From Oligoflexia bacterium (GTDB lineage: Bacteria > Bdellovibrionota > UBA1018), in contig CAVWVI010000004.1 of the NCBI GenBank assembly GCA_963758495.1, positions 96,001 through 160,000 of the forward strand: a stretch of DNA of 64,000 bases, in the 5' to 3' direction. Each line of letters starts with the position of its first letter. The stretch's first letter is position 1. Position numbers and translations under genes: made by a program. Under the pieces are notes generated by a model. The model worked only from the letters and a program-made list of their open reading frames with translations. It ran no database searches and had not been told where the DNA came from. Positions 19,651 to 29,153 of the stretch are shown here, piece after piece.

Positions 19651-20268
19651 TTACGAAGTAATCTTAATCTTTTTGATCTTAATTTCTTTTACAGGCATGT
19701 TATTAGGGCCTGTTTCTGCTGTTGAAATTTTATTGACGATATCCATACCTTGGGTCACCTCGCCAAAAATAGTGTGCTTGCCATTAAGCCAAGGGGTCGG
19801 CTTAACCGTAATAAAAAATTGAGAACCATTCGTATTGGGTCCTGAGTTAGCCATTGCTAAAATCCCTACATGATCAAATTGATCCAAGGAACTCACTTCA
19901 TCCTCAAACTGGTATCCAGGTCCACCGGTACCGTTTCCCAGGGGGTCTCCACCTTGAATCATGAAATCTGGAATCACACGATGAAAGACCGTCCCAGCAT
20001 AAAGAGATTTTCCCTTCACCATTTTATCGCTCTTAGGATCTTTCCATTCCTTTTTTCCAGTTGCTAAACCGATGAAATTTTCCACAGTCTTTGGAGCTTT
20101 ATCAGCAAAAAGTTTCACCTTAATGACACCCTCTGTCGTTTCAATAGTAGCGATTTTTTCGTGTTTTGCGGCTGTACCTTTTTTCTCTACTTTTGCAAAC
20201 GACTGAGATGTCGTAAACAGAAATGGTAAAATAAAAAACAAAGAAGCTTTCTGAAAAGATAATTTCAT
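19651..20268 (-). CDS. Exported cyclophilin-type peptidyl-prolyl isomerase
   Basis: [40 protein letters not shown] and [12 protein letters not shown] motifs. Confidence 0.95.
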   Translation of the reverse strand: MKLSFQKASLFFILPFLFTTSQSFAKVEKKGTAAKHEKIATIETTEGVIKVKLFADKAPKTVENFIGLATGKKEWKDPKSDKMVKGKSLYAGTVFHRVIPDFMIQGGDPLGNGTGGPGYQFEDEVSSLDQFDHVGILAMANSGPNTNGSQFFITVKPTPWLNGKHTIFGEVTQGMDIVNKISTAETGPNNMPVKEIKIKKIKITS

Positions 20269-20292
20269 AGAAATATTCCCCTTAAATTGTTG

Positions 20293-21012
20293 TTACTTTA
20301 ATGCCGTATAGATTCGATGTACATCATCATGATCATCAATGGCATTTAAAAATTCAGAAACTTCTTTTTTCTGCTCTTCTGGGACTTCTACCAAATTCTT
20401 AGCAATATAATTCATTTCAGAAAGAGTTACGATCCAACCATTTTTAACTAAATACTTACTGACCGAATCTAAATCGGTCGTATCGCAGAAAAATCGCCCT
20501 CCCGCATGACCGGCAGGAATTTCAAAAGCTTCCAAAGTTTCTACATTTTGAGCACCGGCTTCAATCGCCACTGTCTCAAGATCTTGTAATGAAGGGTGAG
20601 TTGCTTCAACTACCCCTAATCGATCAAACATCCAAGTGACACTGCCTATGGCTCCCAACATCCCTTTTCGAAAAAGAACTCGGATATCTGCTGCCGTGCG
20701 ATTCTTATTTTCTGTCAGGCACTCGACCACAACAGGGATTTTATGGGGAGCAAATCCTTCATAAGTAACCAGCTCAAATTGGATTGGGTCGTCTAAAAGA
20801 CCAGCACCCTTTTTAATCGCTCGTTCTATATTGTCCCGCGGAACGGAAGCCTTCCTTGCAGCCTCCACAGCCGCCCTTAATCGAGCATTATTATCAGGAT
20901 TTGGATCCCCGACTTTTGCAGCAACTAAGATTTCCTTCACTAATTTACTGATCAAAGCCCCTCGTTTTGAGGAGTTCTCAATTCTTCCTGCATGTTTCCA
21001 TTGTGCGCCCAT
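20293..21012 (-). CDS. yebC: YebC/PmpR family protein
   Basis: DPNPDNNARLRAAV, NIERAIKK, YEGFAP, LTENKNRT and DDHDDVHRIY motifs. Start set at MGAQWKH (21012). Confidence 0.9.
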   Translation of the reverse strand: MGAQWKHAGRIENSSKRGALISKLVKEILVAAKVGDPNPDNNARLRAAVEAARKASVPRDNIERAIKKGAGLLDDPIQFELVTYEGFAPHKIPVVVECLTENKNRTAADIRVLFRKGMLGAIGSVTWMFDRLGVVEATHPSLQDLETVAIEAGAQNVETLEAFEIPAGHAGGRFFCDTTDLDSVSKYLVKNGWIVTLSEMNYIAKNLVEVPEEQKKEVSEFLNAIDDHDDVHRIYTALK

Positions 21013-21084
21013 AGGGTTCTTTTCCCATATCCTGAGGCCGCGCTCAACGGAGAACTTTAAGGAGTATATTAAAAGTACCAATCC

Positions 21085-21252
21085 AGTGTGTGCTTTCAAA
21101 AAGCCCCGGCAGAGTTATGAGATGAGATCAAGGTTACCACCAGACGCACTCCGAAACACGGAAAGGAGCTAGAATCGTATCGGGTGAGGCACGCGCGACA
21201 GACGAATCGTGTATGAAAACGGGAGCGAATGCAGGCTGTCAAGGGAAGGCGC
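21085..21252 (+). repeat. Dispersed non-coding repeat, copy 1
   Basis: Imperfect reverse complement of 22659-22856; shared exact block cgggtgaggcacgcgcgacagacgaatcgtgtatgaaaac. GC-richer than its flanks. Confidence 0.92.
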
Positions 21253-21527
21253 TTCGCTTGAGTGTCAGGAGAATAATTTGGCAAACTGAGAACAACTTCT
21301 TGACAAGGTATTTTTATTTTTTCTGAATTTTTTTCAATACTACTGACTTCATTTTAAATACTTGCTACGAGTGCAGTAGCAACTAGCAGAAGAGTCAATG
21401 ACTAAGAGCTGATCCCTAGTACCACTTGTTCATTCTAGGGCCTGTATTGGCTCTCTAAACACAAAAAATCGACCTCAGAAAACTATGTTAAGGTGTTTCC
21501 CAGTCTCAAGCAATAGGAGAAAAGAGA

Positions 21528-22562
21528 ATGGAAATTTTAAGAAAGTTACCTGACCAAGTACTACTCGATCAAACCTCTGCACTGGTCAAAGTTGAACGAG
21601 AAACAACAACTCAAATTTTACATCATTTACAAGAACTGGAAAGAAGACGGTTATTTGCAGTTCTTGGATTTTCCAGTTTATTTTCTTATTGCGTTGAGAG
21701 TTTAGGTTATTCGGAGTCGAGTGCTCAAAGACGCATATCGAGTATGCGGTTGCTGAAAAGTTTGGAGCCAGAAGTTTCCAAAGAAGTAGAAATCAAAATA
21801 CAAGAAGGCAGTCTCTCCCTATCCGTTTTGGCTCAAGCACAATCTTTCTTTCAAGAGGAGGCTAAGGCAAATCATGCTCTTAGTCCTTTAGAAAAAAAGG
21901 AGGTGCTCGGCATGCTTGACGGGAAGTCCGCACGAGCGGCCACGCAAGAATTGAAAAATCTATCCTCTCAAGAAGTCCCTCCTATTCGAGAATATGCTCG
22001 ATCAGCCAGTCATGACAGAACAGAGATCCACCTTGTAGTGAATCAACAAACAATGGAGACACTGGAAAAAATTAAAGGACTTCTAGCTCATTCGCATCCA
22101 AATATTGGATGGGGTGATCTAATTGGAAAAATTTCAGAAATTGCATGGCAGAAGCTTGACCCGAGCCGAGAACCACTCAGCAGGAAAAAAAATACCACAC
22201 CACTTCAGGAGCCATCCGCAGAAGGCACTACGGAATCTTCCTTAATGACAAAGAGTGACATACACCTGGTAGAGCAAACAGCAGTGCCGACATCGGCAGT
22301 AAAAAGAGAGAGAATTTCAACAGCACTCAAACGAGACGTCTGGAGAAAAAGCGAAGGCAAATGTACCTATGTCGATTCTGTGACTGGCAAGGCTTGCAAC
22401 TCAAGACGGTTTCTACAGATTGAGCATCTTCGTCCGGTAGCACTGGGTGGAAAAAATGAACTTTCAAACTGCACCCTTCGCTGCTCCGTTCATAATCAAC
22501 TCTCCGCCATTCAAATTTTCAGTCAGAAGAAAATGGAAAAATATGTACCCAGTTTGAGGTAG
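21528..22562 (+). CDS. HNH endonuclease with helical (DUF222-like) N-terminal region
   Basis: C-terminal KCTY...ACNSRRFLQIEHLRPVALGGKNELSNCTLRCSVHN; N-terminal GFSSLFSYCVESLGYSESSAQRRI; AGGAG RBS. Confidence 0.85.
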   Translation: MEILRKLPDQVLLDQTSALVKVERETTTQILHHLQELERRRLFAVLGFSSLFSYCVESLGYSESSAQRRISSMRLLKSLEPEVSKEVEIKIQEGSLSLSVLAQAQSFFQEEAKANHALSPLEKKEVLGMLDGKSARAATQELKNLSSQEVPPIREYARSASHDRTEIHLVVNQQTMETLEKIKGLLAHSHPNIGWGDLIGKISEIAWQKLDPSREPLSRKKNTTPLQEPSAEGTTESSLMTKSDIHLVEQTAVPTSAVKRERISTALKRDVWRKSEGKCTYVDSVTGKACNSRRFLQIEHLRPVALGGKNELSNCTLRCSVHNQLSAIQIFSQKKMEKYVPSLR

Positions 22563-22658
22563 CTGAGAAACCATTAAGAATGAATAACGGGTATCGTATT
22601 TGGAGTTTGAAGATGTCTCAACATATCAAATAAACCTCCGTTCCTTCACTTTAATCAA

Positions 22659-22856
22659 AGCCCCCTCCCTCATTAGCCTGCACCCGATCCTGTTTTCATA
22701 CACGATTCGTCTGTCGCGCGTGCCTCACCCGACACGAGTCTAGCACCTTCCCGTGTCTCGGAGTGCGTAGAGTAGCAATCTTGATCTCGGCGGTGCCCCG
22801 ACTTATCATTGATCTCACCTCATAACTCCGACGGGGCTTTTGAAAAAACACACACT
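22659..22856 (-). repeat. Dispersed non-coding repeat, copy 2 (inverted relative to copy 1, with a 28-bp internal insertion)
   Basis: Aligns by eye to the reverse complement of 21085-21252. It carries an extra segment, ggcggtgccccgacttatca, between two ttgatctc copies. Confidence 0.92.
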
Positions 22857-22913
22857 TTACAAAAAAGGTTACACTTTAAATTTCAACCTTTGAATCGCAT
22901 TAATATACTGTTT

Positions 22914-23780
22914 TTACATCCACTGGTAGGAGTAAGTTTCCTGCTTGGGCCAATCTTCAGCCGTTGCTAAGTCCTCACAGAGGGGTCTAATCATATCTTT
23001 AATGTGGCGGGGATAAAAGTCGGTCCTATCCAATCCAGAATGACTAGCCATGATGCTCCAAGGAAATGTTTCCTGAGAAACAAAAGGTCTATCGGGGCAG
23101 TTTTTGTCAAGGTACTCATCTGGTCCACCTAAAATATGCCCTATTTCATGAGTAATGACTTCGCAGTACCTAGGATTGATTTTACCATCTATTTTTGCGC
23201 CATTGTGAACATACCAAACATGAGAAGAGAAGGGGTAAAGATCTGTAGGACTACCATCATTCAGAATAATAGCTTCATCAAAATCGTCTAACCACATGGT
23301 ACTCAGGTATCTTCGCAACGTAAGATCGAGATGAATCCCTGATCTTTCAAAATATTCTTTTACTGTCGGAATACACTCAGAAACTACGCCGATCATTTCA
23401 GCTTCTCGTTGTACAGAACTGTTACCTGCCGCAACACCTAAATGCAGTCGGATATTTGCAAGGCCATCGGAAGCGGGACTCACACGATAGTGGACATCTC
23501 CTCCTTGTGGTCTACCGCCAATCTTGCAAACCGAAAGTGACTCATAATCAACCTTAACCACTCCAGAGCGATTCCCACTAGATACACACCTTCGAACTAA
23601 ATCTTGATTAGCTGTTCTATGCCCTTGAATTTTAGCAATCTCATCAGGAGTGAGAGGTCTTGTTTGATCAGAGACAGGAGGGGGTGTATACGGAGGAATC
23701 ATTCTTTGTCCTCCACAGAAACAGAAGAGAAAAGGCAAAGAGACTAAAGTGAATGCTCTTTGTAAACCGATGAGCTTCAT
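22914..23780 (-). CDS. Exported or lipoprotein zinc metalloprotease (zincin)
   Basis: ITHEIGHILGGPDEY motif and SIM Met-turn; hydrophobic N-terminus ending FCFCGG; ATGA overlap with the upstream gene at 23777-23780. Confidence 0.8.
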   Translation of the reverse strand: MKLIGLQRAFTLVSLPFLFCFCGGQRMIPPYTPPPVSDQTRPLTPDEIAKIQGHRTANQDLVRRCVSSGNRSGVVKVDYESLSVCKIGGRPQGGDVHYRVSPASDGLANIRLHLGVAAGNSSVQREAEMIGVVSECIPTVKEYFERSGIHLDLTLRRYLSTMWLDDFDEAIILNDGSPTDLYPFSSHVWYVHNGAKIDGKINPRYCEVITHEIGHILGGPDEYLDKNCPDRPFVSQETFPWSIMASHSGLDRTDFYPRHIKDMIRPLCEDLATAEDWPKQETYSYQWM

Positions 23781-25957
23781 AGCGGGCTCCATGCTTTATT
23801 AGTAGGGTCGCAACATCTATTTTCTGTCTTGCTTTTCTTGCCTTCGATCTTGCATTCATCCGTTCTAAATGTCTCAACATCGCCATTTCTAAAATAGAGA
23901 TGTCCAATGATATAAAAATTCCAGTTATTATTTCCAGCCGGATACATATGAAGGAGGAGTTGGCATTGATTGCCTGAGACAATGTCGTTCATCACACTAC
24001 TCAAATCAATTTCTGCAATATTAGTCGTCCAATCTTCCCATTTTTTTCCGTGATCCTCATGGAGTCCCCACTGCCCAAGGTAGTTTCTATCTGACTTTCT
24101 TACGATCTCGATATCCAGCATAGAATTGTGGTCAAGTTCTTGGTTGGTTGTGTGAAACTCTAACTGAACTTTGACTAGATTTTTGTCGTCAATCAACTCC
24201 TCTCGCGTTTTTTCTCTAGGGAGTTTTCCCTGTGGCCACCCAAGATGAAGAGCAGTACAGTCTTTTGGGTTATCGAAGCAAGCTTGTGCTTTTTCATCGA
24301 TTTGTCTGATGATGGCATCGGTCTGACGTTTGTATTCAGAGATTTCAGACTTAGCCACTTTACCCAGCTCAAATTTGTAAGCGCTTATATTTTCCATAAT
24401 CGATTCACACATCTGTGATTTAGCCCAAGCCCGATCACTCGCTTCAGCAAGCTGGAATAACGCTCGTCTTTGTTTTTCTAAAGTAGGCGTCAGAATTGGC
24501 ATGTCTGCCACAACGCTATAAGGGAGTGCGGTCAGTGAAATCAATGAAGGAGATTGATTACTTTGAACATGGATTGCAAGTGCATTTGCATACGAGAGAT
24601 TTGCTCCTAAATCCTCATGATCTGGCAAAACTCCAAGTCCACCTTTTTTAAAAGTTTGTGACTGAACTCTGGATTTGGATTTAATCTCATCCAAAGTTGA
24701 CTTGATAGCGGCGCTGGCACTCCAAGTCAGTCCTGTTGCTGTGAGTTTTGAGTTGAAATCTGATTTTTGTGAAGATGAGCTGGTCTCGATTTTCAGAACA
24801 TGCCAGAACTCACCTCCTGTCGTACGACCTGCGATGAACGAATCACCGCAGCGTCTATAAAACTCCATGGGACTTTGCGCTAATAAATCCTTGCCTGTTT
24901 GGGTGAGTCGATATTGATTCATCAACTCACTTTCGTTCGTAATTCGTGCGTAAATCACAACATAGAGGCTATTTGAGTTCTTTTTAGATTCGTTAAAGTA
25001 ATGAGTGGTCGTGTCTACCCCTACACCGAAAAAACCAAAGGAAGCTTGTGCGTCGATCCCCAGTGAGGACCTCAGTTCTGAAGAATCTTTGGCAATGGAT
25101 ATCTTTCGATACAATACTTGCCCGTGAGGCAATCTGACTCCGCCTTCTGCGAAAGGATCGTTTTGTCCTATTGAATGAAGATTCGCTACTTCAACACACT
25201 CAGAACCTGCAGCTCCGCTTACGGAGTTGTAGCCTCTACCTAGAGTGTGGGGAGAACCTTCTTCTATGGGTAATAGGATTCTACCTCCCACCATGGATTG
25301 TCCTCGGTGCTCTGATTCTCCTTTCTGCGAATGCTTCTCTACAATTCGCAATTCCCAAACTTGATTAGGATGGGTTTCAGGACCATAGCAAGTCCATTGT
25401 TGAACTCGGGTCCCGTTCGAAGCGATGGATGAGATGTCAGCATCCAAGCATTTTCCAGAATGCAGGGCCTTGATGTGAAATCCTCCCCCTTTCGCTGGAA
25501 GTAAATTCCAAAGTTGATTGAATTGTTTATCGCCTCGTGCTTCCCAAATATGAGCTACTGATCCATTGTCTTGGGATTTGCGCGCAATATCTAGGGCTTT
25601 ACCACTGCTTTTAGTTATAATTTGAAAGAAGCCATTTGGACGGACTACTAACTTCCAAAGCTGATGAGCTGATCCATTTCCATGGATGCAATCCCAAAGA
25701 TGAACCTTTCCGCCATTGATCTGCGTTTCTGAACGCTCTACATCTAAGCATCGCCCAGGGGCACTTTTGGATACAATCTGATATTCTAATGCCTCATTTT
25801 GGGTAGCTTGCGCAGAGGTTTGCATCGATAAAAAAACCAACAAACTCAAAAAAGAGTGAATCATGACAATAGGAATTGATTTATATAAATTTTTCACCAC
25901 AGAAACACCTACCCATTTAAACTGAAGTAATTGTTGCGTAGTCTGATAATCAGCCAC
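23777..25957 (-). CDS. Exported ricin-B lectin + MACPF/CDC-like domain protein
   Basis: N-terminal GRCLDV/GKALDI/GKCLDA...HQLW/NQLW/NQVW ricin repeats; central LGRGYNSVSG...CV and FYRRCGDSFIAGRTTGG resembling the MACPF signature. The true start is probably downstream of 25957. Confidence 0.68.
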   Translation of the reverse strand: MADYQTTQQLLQFKWVGVSVVKNLYKSIPIVMIHSFLSLLVFLSMQTSAQATQNEALEYQIVSKSAPGRCLDVERSETQINGGKVHLWDCIHGNGSAHQLWKLVVRPNGFFQIITKSSGKALDIARKSQDNGSVAHIWEARGDKQFNQLWNLLPAKGGGFHIKALHSGKCLDADISSIASNGTRVQQWTCYGPETHPNQVWELRIVEKHSQKGESEHRGQSMVGGRILLPIEEGSPHTLGRGYNSVSGAAGSECVEVANLHSIGQNDPFAEGGVRLPHGQVLYRKISIAKDSSELRSSLGIDAQASFGFFGVGVDTTTHYFNESKKNSNSLYVVIYARITNESELMNQYRLTQTGKDLLAQSPMEFYRRCGDSFIAGRTTGGEFWHVLKIETSSSSQKSDFNSKLTATGLTWSASAAIKSTLDEIKSKSRVQSQTFKKGGLGVLPDHEDLGANLSYANALAIHVQSNQSPSLISLTALPYSVVADMPILTPTLEKQRRALFQLAEASDRAWAKSQMCESIMENISAYKFELGKVAKSEISEYKRQTDAIIRQIDEKAQACFDNPKDCTALHLGWPQGKLPREKTREELIDDKNLVKVQLEFHTTNQELDHNSMLDIEIVRKSDRNYLGQWGLHEDHGKKWEDWTTNIAEIDLSSVMNDIVSGNQCQLLLHMYPAGNNNWNFYIIGHLYFRNGDVETFRTDECKIEGKKSKTENRCCDPTNKAWSPL

Positions 25958-26053
25958 TACAAAGGGTTTTAGGGTATGTGACGCATGATGTAAATAGTGA
26001 TTTTACATTGCTAATATTAATTTTAGAATCTGTTACTGGTTAAGAAAACTTAA

Positions 26054-26098
26054 TTGATCTCGTCTCATAACTCCGCCGGGGCTTTTTAAAAGCACACT
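26054..26098 (-). repeat. Dispersed repeat, partial copy 3 (terminal ~45 bp, same orientation as copy 2)
   Basis: ttgatctcgtctcataactccgccggggctttttaaaagcacact versus copy 2 ttgatctcacctcataactccgacggggcttttgaaaaaacacacact. Confidence 0.88.
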
Positions 26099-26211
26099 CC
26101 ACACCATTGAATCTTTTTTCATGCGTCGAAAGTGTGCTCATCAGCTGACTGATGGTACATATTTTCGGAAAGATAACCGCGGCCATGTTGTTGATGGTAG
26201 GATCGACATTT

Positions 26212-26526
26212 ATGAAAGAGCGAAAAAGAAAAAGCCAACCAGATAATATTGAAAAGTACTGGGAAGAATCTGCTCGCTTTTACGAAAGTGATGCAAGCCT
26301 TAAAGTATTAGAACAAGGAGTTCCCCTTTCTGCTGTTGAAAAGAGAAAACTTCTCGGACCAGGAAAAAAGAAACTCATTTCCGTTTGATTGCCGGAAGAT
26401 GACCTGGAAGCCTTAAGAACCATTGCCAAACGCCATGAACGCTCTTACCAGCAGCTTTTTATTTTAGCCGTAGAACATTTTTTGGACGAATACCATCGAA
26501 GTGGAATTTCTAAAAAACGCTATTAA
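26212..26526 (+). pseudogene. Ribbon-helix-helix (CopG/BrnA-like) antitoxin with an in-frame TGA
   Basis: KKKLISV*LPEDDLEALRTIAKRHERSYQQLFILAVEHFL. The TGA at 26386-26388 sits where the RHH ISxRL motif has Arg (CGA>TGA). Confidence 0.7.
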
Positions 26527-26610
26527 TTTGCGTCTTGCACATCACACTTGTGATTGGAATATATTCTATTTTTACGGACAACTTTACAACAAAGAACTTT
26601 AAGGAGAACT

Positions 26611-29121
26611 TTACAAGGATTTTGTAAAACGTAAGAAAAACTGTCGTCCAGCCGCATAATGAGAGCCATTAAACCCATTTGCGACTGTGATCGGGTAGCG
26701 ATTATCAAAAATATTTAAAATATCTCCAGATACTTTAAAGCGAGAGAGCCAGCTATCACCTCTAAATTCATAGCCCACAGTCGTGTCCATCGTTAAATGA
26801 TCAGGAAGGCCAGCTCGATTCATGTAGCCAGTGCGTAATCCGCTTCCATAAAGCCCTTGCACAGTCCACCAAAAGAAGTTTTTAGCATAAGTCAGTCCAG
26901 CATTTGCCGTATGGAGCTGAACATGATCTAAGTACTCATACCCTCCACTCCCGCCGTGAGATCCGCCCTGATCTAACGCCCACAACCCTCCACTAATCCC
27001 TTTCCCTTTTGCAACGCTATAAGAATAGTTGAAGTAATCAGACCAATCTTCAGTCAGTTGCCCTCGGAGGGACAGCTCAAGACCATAAGTAAATCCAGTA
27101 GCCAAATTAAAAGGCTGAGAAATCGATGTATTGAATAGCTGAGCATCATCCAACATGTTTGTCGCATCTTTATAGTAAATATTCAGAGACGCTACATGCT
27201 TAGCAAAAACTTGCTGGTCCACGCCCATTTCGTAATAATCATCCTTTTCTGCCTTGATATCGTAAGTAGTCAGAGTGGAAGTATCACCAAAAGCCAGCCT
27301 TAAGTTTTCAATCGGGGCAGGTTGGAAAAGTTTACCGTAAAAAATATGAAGCTTCGTCGTGTCCGCTGGAAAATAGCTCAATCCAATTCGAGGTTGCAGT
27401 AAAGAATCCGGGTGGGAAATGTCAGAAAAAATAAATTGAGTTGCATCGTATCTTAATCCCGCATTCAGAATTAAAGACTTAAAGATTGTGTAATCATCCT
27501 GGAGATACACCCCCTCAAAATAGCCGGTTTGAGGACTATCATAAACTTGAGGAGCCACATTTAAATCTTGTTGAACAGAGATCAATCCCTCTGAACGAGA
27601 AGCTTGAAGTTGAAAACCCATTTTGACCCAATGCTGATCGTGGGGCCGAATAGAATAATCAGCTTTGAGTCCCAGATTATTCACATTTCGATTTTCCGCA
27701 AACGAAGTAGGTTTCGCATCGTCTATGGGAGTCGCACCCGAAGGACTGGATGCCAAGTCGTTGATAGGATCAGGATTCACCAAAATAGAGGAATACTTAT
27801 AATAGGGCGCTAACTGTAAAAAAGATTTGGGTGTAAAAGTATGCTTCCAAACGACCTGTCCAAACGTATTGAGCTCAGACTGAGTGTCATCCGTATTCGA
27901 AGGAACATAATTAAAGGTAGGAGGCTCATCATGATCATGATGATCGGGGGCTCCTACATCTTCACCAAAAGCGCTCTGAAAGCCTGGCTGAAAGATCACA
28001 TATCCGGGATTACCGTAATCAAAATAAGAAGAATAATTGGGAATTTGGTAGTGACTATAGGAATTAAAAAGAATAAAAGAAATTTTATTGCTGTTATTGA
28101 CTTGCCAGTCAATTTTCGCAAACTCACTGTTTCCATTGGCGGTGTTATGAACAGAATCTTTACCCCCTTGACTCTGATTATTTTCAGATTCAGGCTCAGG
28201 CGTATCCAATCCTCGGTCAGTCCGATTATAATTTAAAGAAAGAAAGTAATGGAGATCTCCAGACTCATTCGATCCGCCATATAAAAGATGCGGAGAAATC
28301 GTGTTATAGGAGCCATAATTCAATTCAAGCTCTCCACTTGGAACTTCAGGACCTGACAAGGTGACGATATTCATTACTGCATTGAGTCTTTGGCCGTACT
28401 CAGCGGGAACACCTCCTGTAATGACCTCCAAATGATCAATATTTCTAGGACTAAATGCCTGTCCAAAAGTATTTGAGGAAGAATCGGGCAACTGAACCCC
28501 ATCAATTTGATATTGAATACTTCCATGATTACCCCGGAAGTACATTTGTCCGAACGACCCCAGAACTACCCCTGGTGTCGTTGATGTAATCAATTTAGGA
28601 AGGGAAATCTCACTCCCTTGCGGCAAATGCCGAATTTCATTCTGACTGACCTCGCTACTACTCAGAGAAGATGTGTGCTGGATAAGGCGCTTTTTGGCTT
28701 TTACCTCTACAATCATTTCGGGGTGCGATGACGCTGGAATGGCAGAATCACGCACCAGATGGATATCTACTTCAGTATTTGCACCCGAGTGCACATGAAC
28801 ATCTTCTTGATAACGTCCAGATGTTGATTCAGATCCTGCCCCAGATGCTGACAATGAAGCCGGTAATTGAACGATAATTCGGTAATCACCCGATTCAATC
28901 GGAAAAAATTCAAATTTCCCACTCTCAGTAGACTCTGTTTTATTGATGACCTTACCTTTTTGATCCAAAACCTGAATCAAAGCATGAGAAACTACTCCAC
29001 CCTGGAAATCCAATACACTTCCTGAAATAGACCCCTCAGTACCAGCAAAAGCGGCCTGAATAAAAAAAAGAGAGCAGAGCATCATGATCATAATGTGCTC
29101 TTTATTGCGAACATTTCGCAA
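26611..29121 (-). CDS. TonB-dependent receptor with N-terminal carboxypeptidase-regulatory-like domain
   Basis: Plug motifs (IDGVQL, IDHLEVITGGVPAEYG, NIVT) and barrel motifs (LNAGLRYD, NIFDNRY, GRQFFL). Confidence 0.9.
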   Translation of the reverse strand: MRNVRNKEHIMIMMLCSLFFIQAAFAGTEGSISGSVLDFQGGVVSHALIQVLDQKGKVINKTESTESGKFEFFPIESGDYRIIVQLPASLSASGAGSESTSGRYQEDVHVHSGANTEVDIHLVRDSAIPASSHPEMIVEVKAKKRLIQHTSSLSSSEVSQNEIRHLPQGSEISLPKLITSTTPGVVLGSFGQMYFRGNHGSIQYQIDGVQLPDSSSNTFGQAFSPRNIDHLEVITGGVPAEYGQRLNAVMNIVTLSGPEVPSGELELNYGSYNTISPHLLYGGSNESGDLHYFLSLNYNRTDRGLDTPEPESENNQSQGGKDSVHNTANGNSEFAKIDWQVNNSNKISFILFNSYSHYQIPNYSSYFDYGNPGYVIFQPGFQSAFGEDVGAPDHHDHDEPPTFNYVPSNTDDTQSELNTFGQVVWKHTFTPKSFLQLAPYYKYSSILVNPDPINDLASSPSGATPIDDAKPTSFAENRNVNNLGLKADYSIRPHDQHWVKMGFQLQASRSEGLISVQQDLNVAPQVYDSPQTGYFEGVYLQDDYTIFKSLILNAGLRYDATQFIFSDISHPDSLLQPRIGLSYFPADTTKLHIFYGKLFQPAPIENLRLAFGDTSTLTTYDIKAEKDDYYEMGVDQQVFAKHVASLNIYYKDATNMLDDAQLFNTSISQPFNLATGFTYGLELSLRGQLTEDWSDYFNYSYSVAKGKGISGGLWALDQGGSHGGSGGYEYLDHVQLHTANAGLTYAKNFFWWTVQGLYGSGLRTGYMNRAGLPDHLTMDTTVGYEFRGDSWLSRFKVSGDILNIFDNRYPITVANGFNGSHYAAGRQFFLRFTKSL

Positions 29122-29153
29122 TAAGTCAATTTTATTCGACGCGTTATAATATT

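Noticed and set aside
21013..21099. N-terminal extension of YebC in the ORF track
   Set aside because: Family similarity begins at MGAQWKH (21012); the extension runs into the repeat.
21096..21284. 62-aa Cys-containing ORF within repeat copy 1
   Set aside because: Copy 2 has a frame-breaking 28-bp insertion and the differences are not biased to synonymous sites, so the repeat is non-coding.
21085..26098. Repeat copies as a CRISPR array or integron attC sites
   Set aside because: Only three copies of unequal length and mixed orientation, kilobases apart. No cas or integrase gene, and no clear RYYYAAC/GTTRRRY ends.
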